Source: Ylistrum balloti (Eukaryota). From it: a stretch of 64,000 bases of DNA. The first letter of the stretch is position 1. Each line of letters begins with the position of its first letter. The notes beneath the pieces are model-generated. The model was not told the DNA's origin. It searched no databases and worked only from the letters and a program-made list of their open reading frames with translations. This document shows positions 62,389-64,000 of this stretch, one piece after another. The stretch lies in contig NW_026782111.1 of the NCBI RefSeq assembly GCF_031769215.1, positions 992,001-1,056,000 of the forward strand, given 5' to 3'. The position numbers and the translations under genes are program-made.

Positions 62389-64000
62389 GATTAATTTTTA
62401 TACAGTATATGTTCGATGATTCATCCGTCATTCCGAATGTGAATAAAAGAGCAATATTACATTTCATTTCGACCAGTAGCACATGGGTAAATTACACTGA
62501 TCGCGACATATCAAGTGTAGCTATTGTTTCATTAACTGATTTAAATGTATTTTTTACAACATTGATGTTGGTACGACTCACCCATTCCAATTTGCGCTTA
62601 AACACGCGAAAAATTATTTTTAATTATTACCTGTATGTTCGGAGCATTTATATAAACATTTAATTCTGTTTAGTTTCTTTCGATCCTCGATTTTTTTAAA
62701 AGAATTATTTTTCAACATAACCAAACAACGTTTTATTGATATATACTACATTGACTTAATTTAAAGTAAAAAAATAAAGTTTTTTATATGACTGCAAATT
62801 CTAATTGAAAACAAAAATGTCAATCGCAAAGCATTTGTGAAGTTTTGTTATAATTTGAATTTTTTGGAACAACGATTATCAGGAAATCATATCATTAAGA
62901 TATTCTATTTCTTCTTATAAGGTACGTGTTAGAAGGTCAAAGCGCTGTATGCAATGACCTCTTGGTATTGTACTGAAATTTTATTTAAAGAAATATGATA
63001 ATCTTTTTTGTCACTGCTGTTATTTGCTTGTATATAGCAATATATCTTGTTTTATTTTACACTAACACTGTTTCTTCACAAAGCATTTTCCCACTATTAG
63101 ATCTTAAGGAAATACCTTAGTGTCATTTATAATATTTGTTTATGTTCTGTAGCTCCATGCGATGGGTGTTTTTGTTAAGATTAAAAAATGGTCGGTAAAA
63201 TATATTAACACATAACTTTTATTAGTCATTGTGATGGTAGATTTGCGACAGCTCGATCTATGAAGTGCTTCATCTTGCAGGTTATGATTGATGCTACTAA
63301 TCTACAAAAGTATTAGTACAGATCATCTCTTCCAATTCTTTTCTATCAAAACAACACAACCATTAACGTTTTCTGATTAGTAAAATCCTAATATAAATAG
63401 AAAAGTTGTATTGGTTGAAAATTGTATCGAAAAAACATTTTCAAATTTCTGTCGTAACTTGAATGTAATGTCCTCGTTGATTCTCGAGTTTTTTTTTTTA
63501 CAGAATGGCAGAAACTTCCATTCTGACTTGGAAATCATTCGTGTGTAATCTTCTTCTCTTGCTTAAAATTAAATTGTGGTAGGTAATTGTTTCTAAGGTG
63601 CGTGCATCGGAAATGAATGTACTCCGAAATATCAATATGAAAATGTCACACGCGACACCAGATAGATAAAATGTACTTAAAAACCTACCCGTGAACCTAC
63701 ATCACGTAGAGTCCAATTTGTACACATATGTTCTCTAAGACAACAGATGTCATGTTTGTATTAGCAGGATTAACAATAAAGTTCAATAAACTAGACATTA
63801 CTCTTAACTTCTTAATTGACTTCATTTATTTGTAGTATATTTTTTTATTTTATCATAAAATTGTTGAAATGTGTCGTTTAGATGACGTGTACAATTTTGT
63901 TAGACTGTTGATCACTAAAATATATATTTCTATCTGTTAATTCGGTTTGGAAACTTTTTTTACTGTCCGTTCTTTTATGAAAGCAAGTATATAGGCCCCT

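Overview
AT-rich eukaryotic genomic scaffold with two N gaps, probably from a bivalve mollusc (inferred from repeat motifs and the receptor type). The only protein I recognise is a single-exon-CDS class A GPCR of the myosuppressin/DMSR/myomodulin-receptor group (59308-60534, +). Its likely promoter and first non-coding exon lie near 40.1-40.36 kb, implying an ~18.4 kb first intron. Splice-site chaining also suggests two unrecognised multi-exon genes, one on + at ~15.5-20.4 kb and one on - at 31.8-34.3 kb. The rest is minisatellites, MITEs, a tRNA-Thr-derived repeat and Helentron-type satellite cores. The most striking signal is a dispersed ~300-nt repeat family carrying a minimal hammerhead ribozyme (consensus GCATCA CTGACGA GTCC TAGAA GGAC GAAA CAGCTGTA TGATGY). 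About 20 motifs occur at about 13 loci between 25 and 62 kb. They include two five-unit tandem arrays of ~45-nt hammerheads whose unit junctions can refold into type III hammerheads, and a degenerate ~294-nt HHR-to-HHR tandem. All structure and activity statements are manual predictions; nothing was computed or searched.
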